Source of the DNA: an uncultured Verrucomicrobiae bacterium
GTDB lineage: Bacteria > Verrucomicrobiota > Verrucomicrobiia > Chthoniobacterales > Chthoniobacteraceae
Reading direction: 5' to 3'
Assembly (NCBI GenBank): GCA_963828525.1
Contig: CAWHEP010000009.1
Location: forward strand, 320,001 to 384,000
DNA: 64,000 bases
Below, piece by piece: positions 20,541 through 30,563 of this stretch; within the stretch, counting starts at the first letter, position 1, and the number at the start of each line of letters is the position of its first letter. The notes beneath the pieces were generated by a model. It was not told the origin of the DNA, did not search any database, and saw only the letters and a program-made list of their open reading frames with translations. Position numbers and translations under genes: made by a program.

Positions 20541-21680
20541 GTGCGCATTGTCATAGCTCCCGACAAGTTTAAGGGCTCCTCCACGGCCTCGGATGCAGCT
20601 CGGGCCATCAAAATAGGCCTCCAAAAAGTTTGGCCCAAAGCACAATTCTGCCTCATGCCCGTCGCGGATGGGGGTGAAGGAACGGCCGAGATCATCCTGG
20701 CTGCCAAAGGAGGGGAATGGAGGGACGTCACGACCGTCGACTCACTCCATCGACCGCTTTCCGCTCGATACGCCTGGCTGTCGAGAGAGCGCGTTGCCGT
20801 AATTGACATGAGCGCCACCTGCGGGCTGCATCGGCTTGCGCCAAGTGAACGCGATCTGCTGGCAGCTTCCACGCGTGGAGTCGGCGAAATGATCCTGAGC
20901 GCCGCTGGCTCGGGCGCGAGGACGATTATCGTAGGCCTCGGAGGCAGCGGCACCAACGACGGTGGAATCGGGATGGCTGCCGCGCTCGGGTACGAATTCA
21001 TGACCAGTGATGGAGAGGAGATCGACGCGATCCCCGCAAACCTTCTCGCGCTCACCAGAATCAACCCTTCTCTCGTCGATTTGCCCGAAGTTGTGGGCGC
21101 ATGCGATGTCCGGAACCCGCTTGTTGGACCCCGCGGCGCCACCCGGACGTATGCCACGCAAAAAGGTGGGAGCGGAAGCATCCTCACTACATTGGAAGAA
21201 TCGCTGATCAATCTTGCGGACGTCGCAGCCTCGGATTTAGGCAGCGATTACAGGGAGGAGCCGGGAAGTGGCGCCGCCGGCGGGTTGGGTTTTGGACTGA
21301 TGACCTTCTGCGGGGCTCGACTGCGGGCTGGGTTCGACGTGATCGCCGAAGCGATAGGCCTAGAGGCCGCGATTGCAGGATGCGACATCGTCTTCACAGG
21401 AGAAGGCAGCGTGGATTCCCAGACGATCGAGGGAAAAGCTCCTGCCGGTGTGGCGGGTCTCGCGCGTAAATACAAGAAGCCAGTTGTCGCCTTCGCGGGA
21501 TCGATCGAGCAGGGCTCTGGCACAACCTTCGACGCGGTCATACCGCTCGCGGATCGTCCGATGTGCATGGAAGAATCTGCAGCCAACGCCTGCGCTCTGC
21601 TTTCCGGGGCCGCCGAACGTTGCGCCCGGCTGATCCAAGTGGGTGTCGAATACAATTTTTTGGGCGCCCAAGCGGTTTAA
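20541..21680 (+). CDS. glxK: Glycerate kinase (GlxK/GarK family)
   Basis: MRIVIAPDKFKGS, PVADGGEGT, GLGGSGTNDGG, GAAGGLG, TGEG; GTG start at 20541. Confidence 0.92.
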   Translation: MRIVIAPDKFKGSSTASDAARAIKIGLQKVWPKAQFCLMPVADGGEGTAEIILAAKGGEWRDVTTVDSLHRPLSARYAWLSRERVAVIDMSATCGLHRLAPSERDLLAASTRGVGEMILSAAGSGARTIIVGLGGSGTNDGGIGMAAALGYEFMTSDGEEIDAIPANLLALTRINPSLVDLPEVVGACDVRNPLVGPRGATRTYATQKGGSGSILTTLEESLINLADVAASDLGSDYREEPGSGAAGGLGFGLMTFCGARLRAGFDVIAEAIGLEAAIAGCDIVFTGEGSVDSQTIEGKAPAGVAGLARKYKKPVVAFAGSIEQGSGTTFDAVIPLADRPMCMEESAANACALLSGAAERCARLIQVGVEYNFLGAQAV

Positions 21681-21725
21681 AAACAGGCTTGCCTGCCGAG
21701 CGCGAGGCGTGCAACCTCCCATGCG

Positions 21726-22910
21726 ATGCTAGGGGGAGCCTCAAAATACAATTGCAGAGAGGTTGGCGCGTCTGTTGCAAAACAATGGGCGAATCACTGC
21801 TGGCGGATCGCCGGGTTCCTTTGTCTTCTCGCAATCCTCGGCGGAGGCGCCACCGCGCTCCACGGAAGCCCTTCGACTCCGGATTGGACCGTTGTAAAGT
21901 GCGAGGGACGGGATTATCTCACGCTGGAGAATGTGGCTCAATTCTACGGTTTGGGGGTGACTCGCGCGAGCAACGACTTCACCCTTCGCGCTGGGGCTCG
22001 GAGCCTGCGCGGCGCGGTGGGATCCAACGAGTTCTACATAAATAATCTCAAGTTCATCCTAAGCTACCCGGTGTCAGAGGAGCGGGGCCAGCCTCTTGTC
22101 TCACGGATGGATTTGACAAAAGTGATCGAGCCGGTCTTGCGGCCCAGCCGCATCCATGGGGCGGCGATGATCGATACCGTGATCCTGGATCCTGGCCACG
22201 GCGGCTATGATCACGGCGCGACAAGCATCTGGGGCAGTGAGAAAAACTACACACTTGATGTGGCATGCAGGGCCAAAGATCTCCTGCTGCAACAGGGCCT
22301 GCAGGTAAGGCTCACGCGGGCGACTGACGAGTTCATCCCGCTCGAGGACCGAGTACGTTTTGCCAACGGTTTCCACAATGCGCTATTCATCAGCATTCAT
22401 TTCAACTCTGGGGACAGCCCTGCAACCGGACTGGAGACCTACACGCTCGCCCCAAGGGGGGTGCCGTCAATGGCTGCCGACGGGCCCAGCCTTTCTGACT
22501 TGCATCTTTGCGCGGGGAACTGCTGTGATTCGGAGAACATGGCGCTGGCTACGGCTGCCCATGCTTCGCTGGTTTATCATTTGCAGGGCTACGATCGAGG
22601 CATCAAACGCGCCCGTTTTGTGGTGATCCGAGATATTACGATCCCAGGGGTGCTTCTGGAGGGAGGCTTTCTGAGCAGCCCGGTGGATGGGCCCAAGATT
22701 GCCAGCGCGGCTTATAGGCAGCAGTTGGCAAATTGTGTCCTCGCGGCGGTGCAGAACTACCGTGCTGCTGTCGGCATGCGGCCACCGCCGCCCATGGTTA
22801 CAAGCCGCGCGCTGGAACTGCGCAAGCTCGTTGAGAGCGTCAATGGCCCGGACATGGGGCCGTCACGGTTTAATGAGCCCAGCGTTGTCACGCCCACATC
22901 GCGCTACTAG
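21726..22910 (+). CDS. N-acetylmuramoyl-L-alanine amidase (Amidase_3), exported; start uncertain
   Basis: ILDPGHGG, EKNY, ISIHFN, VLLEGGF zinc-amidase motifs; hydrophobic N-terminal segment. Confidence 0.9.
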   Translation: MLGGASKYNCREVGASVAKQWANHCWRIAGFLCLLAILGGGATALHGSPSTPDWTVVKCEGRDYLTLENVAQFYGLGVTRASNDFTLRAGARSLRGAVGSNEFYINNLKFILSYPVSEERGQPLVSRMDLTKVIEPVLRPSRIHGAAMIDTVILDPGHGGYDHGATSIWGSEKNYTLDVACRAKDLLLQQGLQVRLTRATDEFIPLEDRVRFANGFHNALFISIHFNSGDSPATGLETYTLAPRGVPSMAADGPSLSDLHLCAGNCCDSENMALATAAHASLVYHLQGYDRGIKRARFVVIRDITIPGVLLEGGFLSSPVDGPKIASAAYRQQLANCVLAAVQNYRAAVGMRPPPPMVTSRALELRKLVESVNGPDMGPSRFNEPSVVTPTSRY

Positions 22911-23742
22911 CGCTATAAAACGCGCGGCTGAAGCCACGCGGCCAATAGGGGTGTTTGATTCCGGAATCGGCGGGTTAACCGTAGCGGCGGCGCTCCGTGA
23001 TTTGCTGCCAGCCGAAAACATCTTCTACATAGGGGACACGGCCCGGGTGCCTTATGGAGGCAAAAGTCCTCAGACGGTGGAGCGATACAGCATCGAGATC
23101 ACGGGACTGCTGCTGGCGGCGCGCGCAAAGATCATCGTTGTCGCATGCAACACCGCGTCGGCGCTTGCGATCCCCAAGCTGGAGGAGTTGTTGAAAGTTC
23201 CGGTGATTGGAGTCATCGCGCCTGGAGCCCAGGCAGCGGTCGCAGCGGCGCGGAAGCACATTGGAGTAATTGGCACCCGGGCCACCATCTACAGCCGCGC
23301 CTACGAACGCGCCATTCGCTCACTGAGTCCTCGCCTGAAAGTTTCCAGCCAGCCCTGCCCGATGCTCGTGCCCCTTATTGAAGAAGGGTGGCTTGACGAC
23401 GCGGTGACGGATCAGGTAATCCGTCGCTACCTCGAGAAGCTGGCGCGGGCGGAGATCGATACACTGGTGCTTGGATGCACCCATTACCCACTGCTGCGGA
23501 ACGCGCTGAGGAAGTTCCTCGGCCCAGACATAACGATAGTGGATTCCGCGGAAAATTGCGCGGCAGCCGTGAAGAGACTCCTGGAGGAAAATGGAATGAC
23601 CGCCCCGATGACCGCGCCAGGCAAGCTGCAGGTTGCCCTGACGGACTCCTCCAGCAGCTTCCTGAGGGTCGCGGAAGAGGCGCTGGGGCTTCAAGTGGGC
23701 GACGTGCAATTGCTAACCGTCCAAAATGCGGCAGGAAATTAA
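22873..23742 (+). CDS. murI: Glutamate racemase
   Basis: PIGVFDSGIGGLTV, PYG, VACNTAS, LGCTHYP. Confidence 0.95.
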   Translation: MSPALSRPHRATSAIKRAAEATRPIGVFDSGIGGLTVAAALRDLLPAENIFYIGDTARVPYGGKSPQTVERYSIEITGLLLAARAKIIVVACNTASALAIPKLEELLKVPVIGVIAPGAQAAVAAARKHIGVIGTRATIYSRAYERAIRSLSPRLKVSSQPCPMLVPLIEEGWLDDAVTDQVIRRYLEKLARAEIDTLVLGCTHYPLLRNALRKFLGPDITIVDSAENCAAAVKRLLEENGMTAPMTAPGKLQVALTDSSSSFLRVAEEALGLQVGDVQLLTVQNAAGN

Positions 23743-24589
23743 GCCGGACGCGCCTTTCGCGCGAAACGCAAAGAATCGCTTTTCCATCACCCGCGCGCTA
23801 TTGGGACTGCTGGCTGGATTCGCGATCCTGATTGTCATGGTAGTCGCATTTTCAGATTACCTGATCTTCCGCCCGCATCCTTCTTCCTACTCGGACTCCA
23901 GCGATATCCTGAAGCTGACTACAAGGGATGGCACTCGCATTTCCGCCGTTTACTTTCCAAACCCGGCGGCGCGGTATACCGTCCTATTCAGCCACGGGAA
24001 TGCTGAGGACATCGGCGACGACTCCGACTATTTCAAAGAATACGCCGCGCGGGGCTTTTCCGTCTTCGCCTACGACTATCACGGATACGGAACCAGCGGA
24101 GGAAAGCCGTCGGAGGCGAATGCCTATCAGGATGAGGATGCCGCCTTTGCCTACCTCACACAGCAGCTTCACATCCCCGGAGATCACATCATCGCGCATG
24201 GTAGATCGCTCGGCGGTGGAGTGGCAGTGGACCTCGCCTCCAGGCATGACCTGGCAGGGCTGATAATGGAGAGTACGTTCGTCACGACGTTCCGGGTGAT
24301 GATTCCGTTCAACACTGCGCCGTATGATAAATTCCGGAATATTGACAAGATCGCATCCGCGCGGTGCCCGCTGCTTGTCATCCACGGACTCGTGGACACC
24401 CTTATCCCGATTTGGCATGGAAAGCGGCTCTACGCGAAGGCGACCGCCCCCAAGTCTTACCTCTGGGTGGAGGGAGCCGGGCACAACGACTGCGCGGATG
24501 TGGGGGGAGAGAAGTATTGGTCGGCGATTCACAGCTTTGCGCAGTCCATTGCCGGAAGATCCAACGATACAGCAAAAGAGAGTAGATAA
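23726..24589 (+). CDS. Membrane-anchored alpha/beta hydrolase (ABHD17/Bem46-like)
   Basis: SHGNAEDIG, DYHGYGTS, GRSLGGG nucleophile elbow, HG..D, GAGHND. Confidence 0.88.
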   Translation: MRQEIKPDAPFARNAKNRFSITRALLGLLAGFAILIVMVVAFSDYLIFRPHPSSYSDSSDILKLTTRDGTRISAVYFPNPAARYTVLFSHGNAEDIGDDSDYFKEYAARGFSVFAYDYHGYGTSGGKPSEANAYQDEDAAFAYLTQQLHIPGDHIIAHGRSLGGGVAVDLASRHDLAGLIMESTFVTTFRVMIPFNTAPYDKFRNIDKIASARCPLLVIHGLVDTLIPIWHGKRLYAKATAPKSYLWVEGAGHNDCADVGGEKYWSAIHSFAQSIAGRSNDTAKESR

Positions 24590-24681
24590 GGCGCTTCGCC
24601 GAGATCGCCTTAGAAAGCGAGCCTGAGAGCCCAATGTATTCCGTGACATCGGCGAAAATCGGACATAGAGATGCCTGAAGG

Positions 24682-25101
24682 ATGCCTGACAAGAGAGTAA
24701 ACACCGCCACAATTCCGACAAAGGAAATCTCAGTGATGGCGTGGATCGAAGATGCTTTCGGGAAAGTCGTCCTGGTAAGACAGAAGGCCGGCAAAAAGCT
24801 CTGGACGTTCCCTGGCGGGAAGGTGCGATCCAAAGAATCCTTTACCGATGGGTTAAGAAGAGAAGTGAAAGAGGAGATCGGGCTGGAGGTTCTTTCGGCG
24901 TACGGGATGGACATGTACGACCGCTACGAGAAGTCCAACGCAACCTTTCTTTACAGGGTTACGCTGCGGGAGGGTCCCTTCAAAGCGAGAACGAAGGAGA
25001 TTGAGGAGATCGCTTTCCGAGCGAAATTGCCTTCGAATGCAACGCCATCGGCCAGATTCTTTTGGGCGCGGATTCGAAAAGCGCAGAGGCTCCCGTCCTA
25101 G
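24682..25101 (+). CDS. NUDIX hydrolase
   Basis: Nudix box GGKVRSKESFTDGLRREVKEEIG. Confidence 0.88.
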   Translation: MPDKRVNTATIPTKEISVMAWIEDAFGKVVLVRQKAGKKLWTFPGGKVRSKESFTDGLRREVKEEIGLEVLSAYGMDMYDRYEKSNATFLYRVTLREGPFKARTKEIEEIAFRAKLPSNATPSARFFWARIRKAQRLPS

Positions 25102-25107
25102 ATTTCT

Positions 25108-25404
25108 ATGCCGTACTATATTACCCGAGTTCAACTGAGAGAGACAGGCGCCGAAGGGATGCCTGATTATTCAGCCCTGCGCGAGGCAATGGAGGCAAGC
25201 GGCTTCCAGGCCTTCATACGGGCGAGCACAATCGATTGGGAACTTCCGGACGGCGAGTTCTGTTTCGAATCGGACAGCGTTTTGATATCAGCGGTGCGAG
25301 ATCTCGCCAAGGCCGCCGCGGCGCGGGTCTGGAAAGACTATGTGGTGTTGGTGACCAGGGCTTACACGCTGAATGATCTGGACTGGTATCTACGCAAAGT
25401 TTAA
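25108..25404 (+). CDS. Small protein resembling DUF2622/GhoS-like endoribonuclease
   Basis: 98 aa; pattern YITRVQL...DYSALREAMEASGF...LPDGEF...VLVT recognised from memory of the family. Confidence 0.55.
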   Translation: MPYYITRVQLRETGAEGMPDYSALREAMEASGFQAFIRASTIDWELPDGEFCFESDSVLISAVRDLAKAAAARVWKDYVVLVTRAYTLNDLDWYLRKV

Positions 25405-25410
25405 GTCGGG

Positions 25411-25896
25411 CTAGCCTTCTTTAGACGCCCGGCGGATCACGACGGCAAGGTATATGACGACCGCGATATTTATCCCAAGCACGGCCACTTTGAGGGCGGT
25501 AGCATGCTTGAAGGTTTCGTATAGCTCGATCGGGATCAATGACGCGGTCGCGAAAACCGTGAGATATTCCGCCCATCGCTTGCGCATGAAAAGACCTGTG
25601 CCTTCGGTGAGAAAGAGGGCCGAATAGAAGAAGGTGAGGGCGCTGAACTCCTTGATCTTGTGATCGTCCAAGAGTCCCGCCTTCGCGAGGATCGCAGCAA
25701 GAAAGCGGTTATTGGGATCGGATCGTGTTGCCTCTATCCAATGTTCAAGCACGTCCGCGACGTCCTTGTGGAGCAGTTTGAGCAGGCCTATCGAAACGAT
25801 GAGGAGCAGCAGCCCTTTCACCGTTTTGAAGATTGCTATGAATATGAGTCCGTTGCTGTTTCTCGGTTTGGAGGGATTTGTCATCAGTAGTAGCAC
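25411..25896 (-). CDS. DUF2127 family membrane protein
   Basis: IAIFKTVKG, EGTGL..RKRWAEYLTV.AT...IPIELYE. Confidence 0.85.
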   Translation of the reverse strand: MLLLMTNPSKPRNSNGLIFIAIFKTVKGLLLLIVSIGLLKLLHKDVADVLEHWIEATRSDPNNRFLAAILAKAGLLDDHKIKEFSALTFFYSALFLTEGTGLFMRKRWAEYLTVFATASLIPIELYETFKHATALKVAVLGINIAVVIYLAVVIRRASKEG

Positions 25897-25951
25897 GTAG
25901 GGCGCGGGCGATTCATCAAGAGACAGTCGAGAACGCGCGCGCAGGCGAGTT

Positions 25952-27162
25952 CTAGAGAATACCGCCGATGTGTTCGGCGGCCTGCTGGACGTCCTTGTCG
26001 CCTCGTCCTGAAAGATTGGCGATAATTAGGGTGTCTTTAGAAAGGCCAGGAGCGGCCTTCATCACGTATGCCATCGCGTGCGAGGATTCGAGCGCCGGGA
26101 TTATGCCTTCAATTCGGGAGGTTGCTTGAAACGCCTGCAACGTTTCCTGGTCGGTCGCATACTCATATTCCACCCTGCCCTTGTCGCGCAGATAACTGTG
26201 TTCAGGCCCGACGGCAGCGTAATCGAGGCCCGCCGAGATCGAATGGGTAAGCTGGATTTGGCCATCGTCGTCGGCGAGCAAGAAAGTCTTCGTGCCCTGG
26301 AGCACCCCGAGTTTCCCCCCTGGAAGCGAGCGGCATGTTTCCCAGGGAGGATTCCTTCTCCCCCAGCCTCCACTCCCACCATTCGCACTGCTTCGTCCTC
26401 AAGGAACGGGTAGAATAGCCCGATGGCGTTGCTGCCGCCACCCACGCAAGCAACAAGCAAGTCAGGCAGCCGCCCCTCGCGCTCCAGTATTTGCGCGCGC
26501 GCTTCCTCACCGATCACCCGGTGAAAATCGCGGACGATGAGGGGATAAGGATGAGAACCAAGGGCAGAACCGAGGATGTAGTGAGTGGTTCGAACATTCG
26601 TGACCCAATCGCGCATCGCCTCGTTGATCGCCTCCTTTAACGTTGCCTGCCCCGCCATGACGGGCACCACGGTTGCCCCGAGCAACTTCATCCGTATGAC
26701 GTTCAGAGCCTGACGCTCCATATCCACCTTGCCCATGTAGATGACGCACTCGCATCCAAAGCGAGCGGCAGCGGTCGCCGTCGCGACGCCATGCTGCCCG
26801 GCGCCCGTCTCCGCAATGACCCTCTTTTTACCCATGCGCCGGGCCAGAAGTATCTGACCCAAGGCGTTGTTGATTTTGTGGGCGCCCGTATGAAGAAGAT
26901 CCTCCCGCTTCAGGTAAATCTTAGCCCCCCCGAGATGGGCGGTGAGCCGCTCGGCAAAATAAAGGGGAGTGGGCCGGCCGGCAAAATCGCGGAGCAGAAG
27001 CGCGAGTTCCTCCCTAAATGTGGGATCCAGCCTGGCGAGCGCGTACTCCCCCGAGAGCTCGTTGAGCGCTGCCATGAGGGTTTCAGGAACAAACATGCCG
27101 CCGTATGCTCCGAAATGGCCGCCAGCATCAGGAACAGCGGGAGATGTCTGGGGTGTTCTCAT
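25952..27162 (-). CDS. trpB: Tryptophan synthase beta subunit (missing base in G-run at 26315-26320)
   Basis: [15 protein letters not shown] (PLP Lys), [16 protein letters not shown]; next frame [26 protein letters not shown]. Confidence 0.95.
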
Positions 27163-27212
27163 GAGCGGTGGGCAATCTGTCTCAAACCGAGCAGAAAGTC
27201 TATCCGGGTGTA

Positions 27213-27254
27213 CAAAAATACAGCCCCCCGCGGCCGAATGGCCGCGAAGGGCTG
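27213..27254 (-). terminator. Intrinsic terminator
   Basis: Minus strand CAGCCCTTCGCGGCC-ATTC-GGCCGCGGGGGGCTG hairpin followed by TATTTTTG. Confidence 0.75.
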
Positions 27255-27285
27255 ATGTTCCCCCCAGAACAATCTTAAAAAGATG
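27213..27285 (-). ncRNA. Candidate ~70-nt small RNA
   Basis: TTGCGC-17nt-AATACT promoter-like element (27319-27291), AU-rich 5' part, UGUUC-UGGGGG-GAACA hairpin, strong terminator. Confidence 0.35.
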
Positions 27286-27363
27286 TGGATAGTATTGCGC
27301 GTTTCGACCGGAAGCGCAACAAATAAAGATTATTTTTTTTCATAGATTAACCACATTTGGCGT

Positions 27364-28515
27364 TCATACACGATACATTAGAAGTTCTAATAACTTCCGC
27401 TTGTTACTCAGCCTGCCGAGCAGTTGATCGAGCACCGCGTGAACATCCATTTGGGTGGTAACCAATTGCGCGTTTGCGTCCAGGCAGGCTGAGAACAGGT
27501 CTGTCAGTTCCTCAAGTTCGAACCGGTGCACATGGCTGGCAGCGATGCCAAACGCGAATCCGTTAACCGTTCCATCCTTCTTGCGTGGAAGGTGAGATGT
27601 CGCTTCGGAAGGCAGCCGGTTCAATGCAGAAATGAAACTGAACGGCGTAGAGGGGCGACTCAGACGATGCCGCCCCATCAGGTCCTTGGCGATCAGCAGA
27701 TTTCTCACTGTCGGCACAATGGCGACAAGGAAGATGCCAATAGCGGATTCTCCCTGAAAGAGAAGACGATCGACCAGCGCAAAGCACGCTCTCAGGTCCC
27801 TGCGAGCAAGCGCGTTGCCTAACTCAAAGATTACGCCAGCGCGGGAAAGTGGCACCAACAGGCGGACATCCTCCATTTCGATGACCCTGCGCCCGTCACC
27901 GAGGTATAGATCCAGCTTTTCGAGTTCGTTTCCGATCTGGCGACTCTCGCCTCCGGTGGAGAGGGCCAGCAACTCAAGAGCTCCGGACGCGAAGTGGAGC
28001 TTAAACGCGCCGGCGCGTTTTGAGATGGCTGATGCAGCGTCCTCTTCCCACCCGGAACGAGAGGCGTCGAGTTTGTCCAGCACCTCGACCTTTGCAACTG
28101 AACCCAGTGTCTTGTAAAAAGAGCGGCGCTTGTCGACCTCGGTAGCGCTCAGTAGAAAAGTCACGTTCTCCGGCAGGCCTTTTTTCAGCAGCTCTCCAAG
28201 CATCTCCGCGGCTTCCAACACGGACGCGGCGCGTCCCAAGACGTTATCACCGAGAAAGTTAACGTTTTTGAGCCATACAAATTTGCTGCCGAAGAATGGG
28301 AGCGTCAGCAGAGCCTCCATAGTCTGGTGGATTCTCTGGGCGGCCTGATCGGCGTTGTCCACCTGGCCGTCGATAACATCGCGTCCGAACTCTCCGGCGT
28401 CACTGGGTGAAAGCTCATCAGCAAGTTTCAGGGCGGAGGCTTTTACCTCCGACTCGTCAGTTCCGAGCACCGCGAAGAGGTTTGCTGATGGAGCGCGTTT
28501 CTTTACCGCAGCCAT
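27364..28515 (-). CDS. holA: DNA polymerase III delta subunit
   Basis: TLPFFG..FVWLK, DKRRSFYK, NELEKLDLY, IFELGNAL. Confidence 0.85.
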   Translation of the reverse strand: MAAVKKRAPSANLFAVLGTDESEVKASALKLADELSPSDAGEFGRDVIDGQVDNADQAAQRIHQTMEALLTLPFFGSKFVWLKNVNFLGDNVLGRAASVLEAAEMLGELLKKGLPENVTFLLSATEVDKRRSFYKTLGSVAKVEVLDKLDASRSGWEEDAASAISKRAGAFKLHFASGALELLALSTGGESRQIGNELEKLDLYLGDGRRVIEMEDVRLLVPLSRAGVIFELGNALARRDLRACFALVDRLLFQGESAIGIFLVAIVPTVRNLLIAKDLMGRHRLSRPSTPFSFISALNRLPSEATSHLPRKKDGTVNGFAFGIAASHVHRFELEELTDLFSACLDANAQLVTTQMDVHAVLDQLLGRLSNKRKLLELLMYRV

Positions 28516-28540
28516 GATGTTCTCAATTCAGCGAGGGATC

Positions 28541-29428
28541 TCATCTTGTAACCTTCTCGTAACGTCTCTCGAAGTCTTCGTAGCTGGCGATTTGGGAACT
28601 GTAGACCATCAAGAGGGCCGTTTTAAACGGACTCCCATCAAGGATGGCATCGATGAAGTGGAGGAAACGATCCCGAGGCAGATCATCCATGATAAATCGC
28701 ACCAGCTTCTCAGACGTCTGGTAAAGGCGCTCCACCGCGACGGCGTCTTCCGGGTAGCGGTTCATTGCCATGAGATCATCGATCGGCATCTGGGCAAAGT
28801 TCAGGGTGTGCTGGCGGAGCTTCAGCATTTCGTTCTTCCGCGCGGCAACGCTCGCGGATCCCATGTACTCCGCAAAACCTTCACTGAGCCAGAGCGGCCA
28901 GCGCTTGTCCGGATAGAGCCGCGCGACCACAGCGTGTGTAGTCTCGTGCGCGAGCGTCTGCGAATCAAATCGACCTGTCTCACCGGACCGCCGCACGTTC
29001 AGGAAGAGCTCGTCACCCAACGCGAAGCTTCCCGTCCAGGACGGAATGTCGGTTTGGCCGAGAAATACATTCCATTCTGTTTCATCCTCGAAGACGAAGA
29101 CATGGGACCTTTTTTTATACTGCTGCGGGGTGGCTCCCAGGGTCTTCGCAATAAAACGGATGTCATACTCGATTTCGCGAGCAACTTTGCGCGCCTCCGT
29201 CACCCGGCGGTAATGTAAAATGAAGTTTTCCGTTTCCGCGTGCCTCCATTTTTTTGGAGCTATGGCGAGAGCTTTCTCGCCGTTCGGGGTCACCTCCTTA
29301 TTGGAGAGCTGATCCCAGGGCTTTTCGACCAGCGGCACTTCACCTGAGGGGTCGTCCTGCGCCGAGAGCGCAGCAGCGGGCCCCGCGAATACTGATACTG
29401 TAAGGACTGCCAGCAACAATCGCGGCAA
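28541..29428 (-). CDS. Exported gluzincin-like (peptidase MA) protein, paralog 2
   Basis: Signal peptide; LAHETTH...PLWLSEGFAEY; TTG start inferred. Confidence 0.7.
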   Translation of the reverse strand: MPRLLLAVLTVSVFAGPAAALSAQDDPSGEVPLVEKPWDQLSNKEVTPNGEKALAIAPKKWRHAETENFILHYRRVTEARKVAREIEYDIRFIAKTLGATPQQYKKRSHVFVFEDETEWNVFLGQTDIPSWTGSFALGDELFLNVRRSGETGRFDSQTLAHETTHAVVARLYPDKRWPLWLSEGFAEYMGSASVAARKNEMLKLRQHTLNFAQMPIDDLMAMNRYPEDAVAVERLYQTSEKLVRFIMDDLPRDRFLHFIDAILDGSPFKTALLMVYSSQIASYEDFERRYEKVTR

Positions 29429-29429
29429 A

Positions 29430-30350
29430 CTACGGCTGCCCGGGAATCGCGAAGTGCTGTGTGGCGTATCTTTGAAATTCACTGTTGAGATCCGCTGTCC
29501 CGGCGAACCTTCCTCCATACCCTTTCCACAGCGCGGTTTCAAACCTGTTTCCCTTGCACATGCCGTCCAGGAAGGCAAGAAAGCCAGGCTTACTCTCCGC
29601 CGCGAGGAACCGCACGAGCTTTTCGGACTCGACGTAGAATGTTCTTACTTGAAGAACGTCTGAAGGGTAAGCCATGAAATTTGTCAGGGTCTCAACGGGG
29701 ATATACGTCGAGGGGAGAAGCATGGATTGGGGTCGGGACGCGGAGCCGCGCGCGCGTTCATAACTGGCGTAGGAGCGAATGGAGGCGTACTCCGCATAGC
29801 CTTCATCCAGCCAGAGGGGGCATCCCGAGCCAAAGAAGCGATGCACGACAAGGTGCGTAATCTCGTGGCCCAGAGAACGTCCTTTGAATCTGAACTCGGG
29901 GTTGCGTTGTATGAACAGGTCGCCCTTCACGTGGATGCCGCCCGTCCATGGGTCGAGGGACGCCAGTTTCTGGAACGCCGTCCAATCTTCCGGCTTCTCG
30001 AAGATATAAATGTGCGATTTCCGTTCCCATTGGCTGGTGTCTTTCTCCAGTTCCCTGGATATGACCCTATAGTAGTACTCGGCCTCCACCGAAACGGGAG
30101 TCGCAACGAACCCATGGGTGAAGTGGTAAACGAAGTTGGCGCTTTCTCCGTGTTTCCAAGTATCCGGATGGATTGAAAGCGCCGACTGGCCGAGCGCCGA
30201 GATATTCTTGTCGGACAGCCCATCCAGCGTGACTTCCGTAATACCCTGCACGCCCCGCGGATCCGCGTCCGTTTGCGCGAGGATTGGATGCGCCGCGCGA
30301 GCGAGCGTGACCGCCAAAATGCAGGCGCGCATGAAAGAAGAGAACCTCAT
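29430..30350 (-). CDS. Exported gluzincin-like (peptidase MA) protein, paralog 1
   Basis: Probable signal peptide; LGHEITH...PLWLDEGYAEY; colinear with paralog 2. Confidence 0.7.
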   Translation of the reverse strand: MRFSSFMRACILAVTLARAAHPILAQTDADPRGVQGITEVTLDGLSDKNISALGQSALSIHPDTWKHGESANFVYHFTHGFVATPVSVEAEYYYRVISRELEKDTSQWERKSHIYIFEKPEDWTAFQKLASLDPWTGGIHVKGDLFIQRNPEFRFKGRSLGHEITHLVVHRFFGSGCPLWLDEGYAEYASIRSYASYERARGSASRPQSMLLPSTYIPVETLTNFMAYPSDVLQVRTFYVESEKLVRFLAAESKPGFLAFLDGMCKGNRFETALWKGYGGRFAGTADLNSEFQRYATQHFAIPGQP

Positions 30351-30563
30351 GCGATCCCATAGAAGAATGATCCATGCCAGAGAAGGCATTAAGGAGCTTG
30401 AGCGAGTTCGCTCCAAAGCCGTAAGCTTTGCCGCAGAAGACGAAAGCAGCCTTGCCCATCTGGTTCTTCGTCCTCTCCGCTGAAGCCAAATCAACGCTCA
30501 AAGCAGAAATTTCGCGCGTAACCGCGCCTCTGTGCGTCTTGCCGTAACAACACCCCCTCCGAA

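Noticed and set aside
25108..25404. cas2 / CRISPR locus
   Set aside because: No repeat-spacer array or other cas genes seen in the window
27330..27356. trp leader peptide MWLIYEKK
   Set aside because: Single Trp codon, no clear RBS, lies upstream of the putative promoter, no convincing antiterminator
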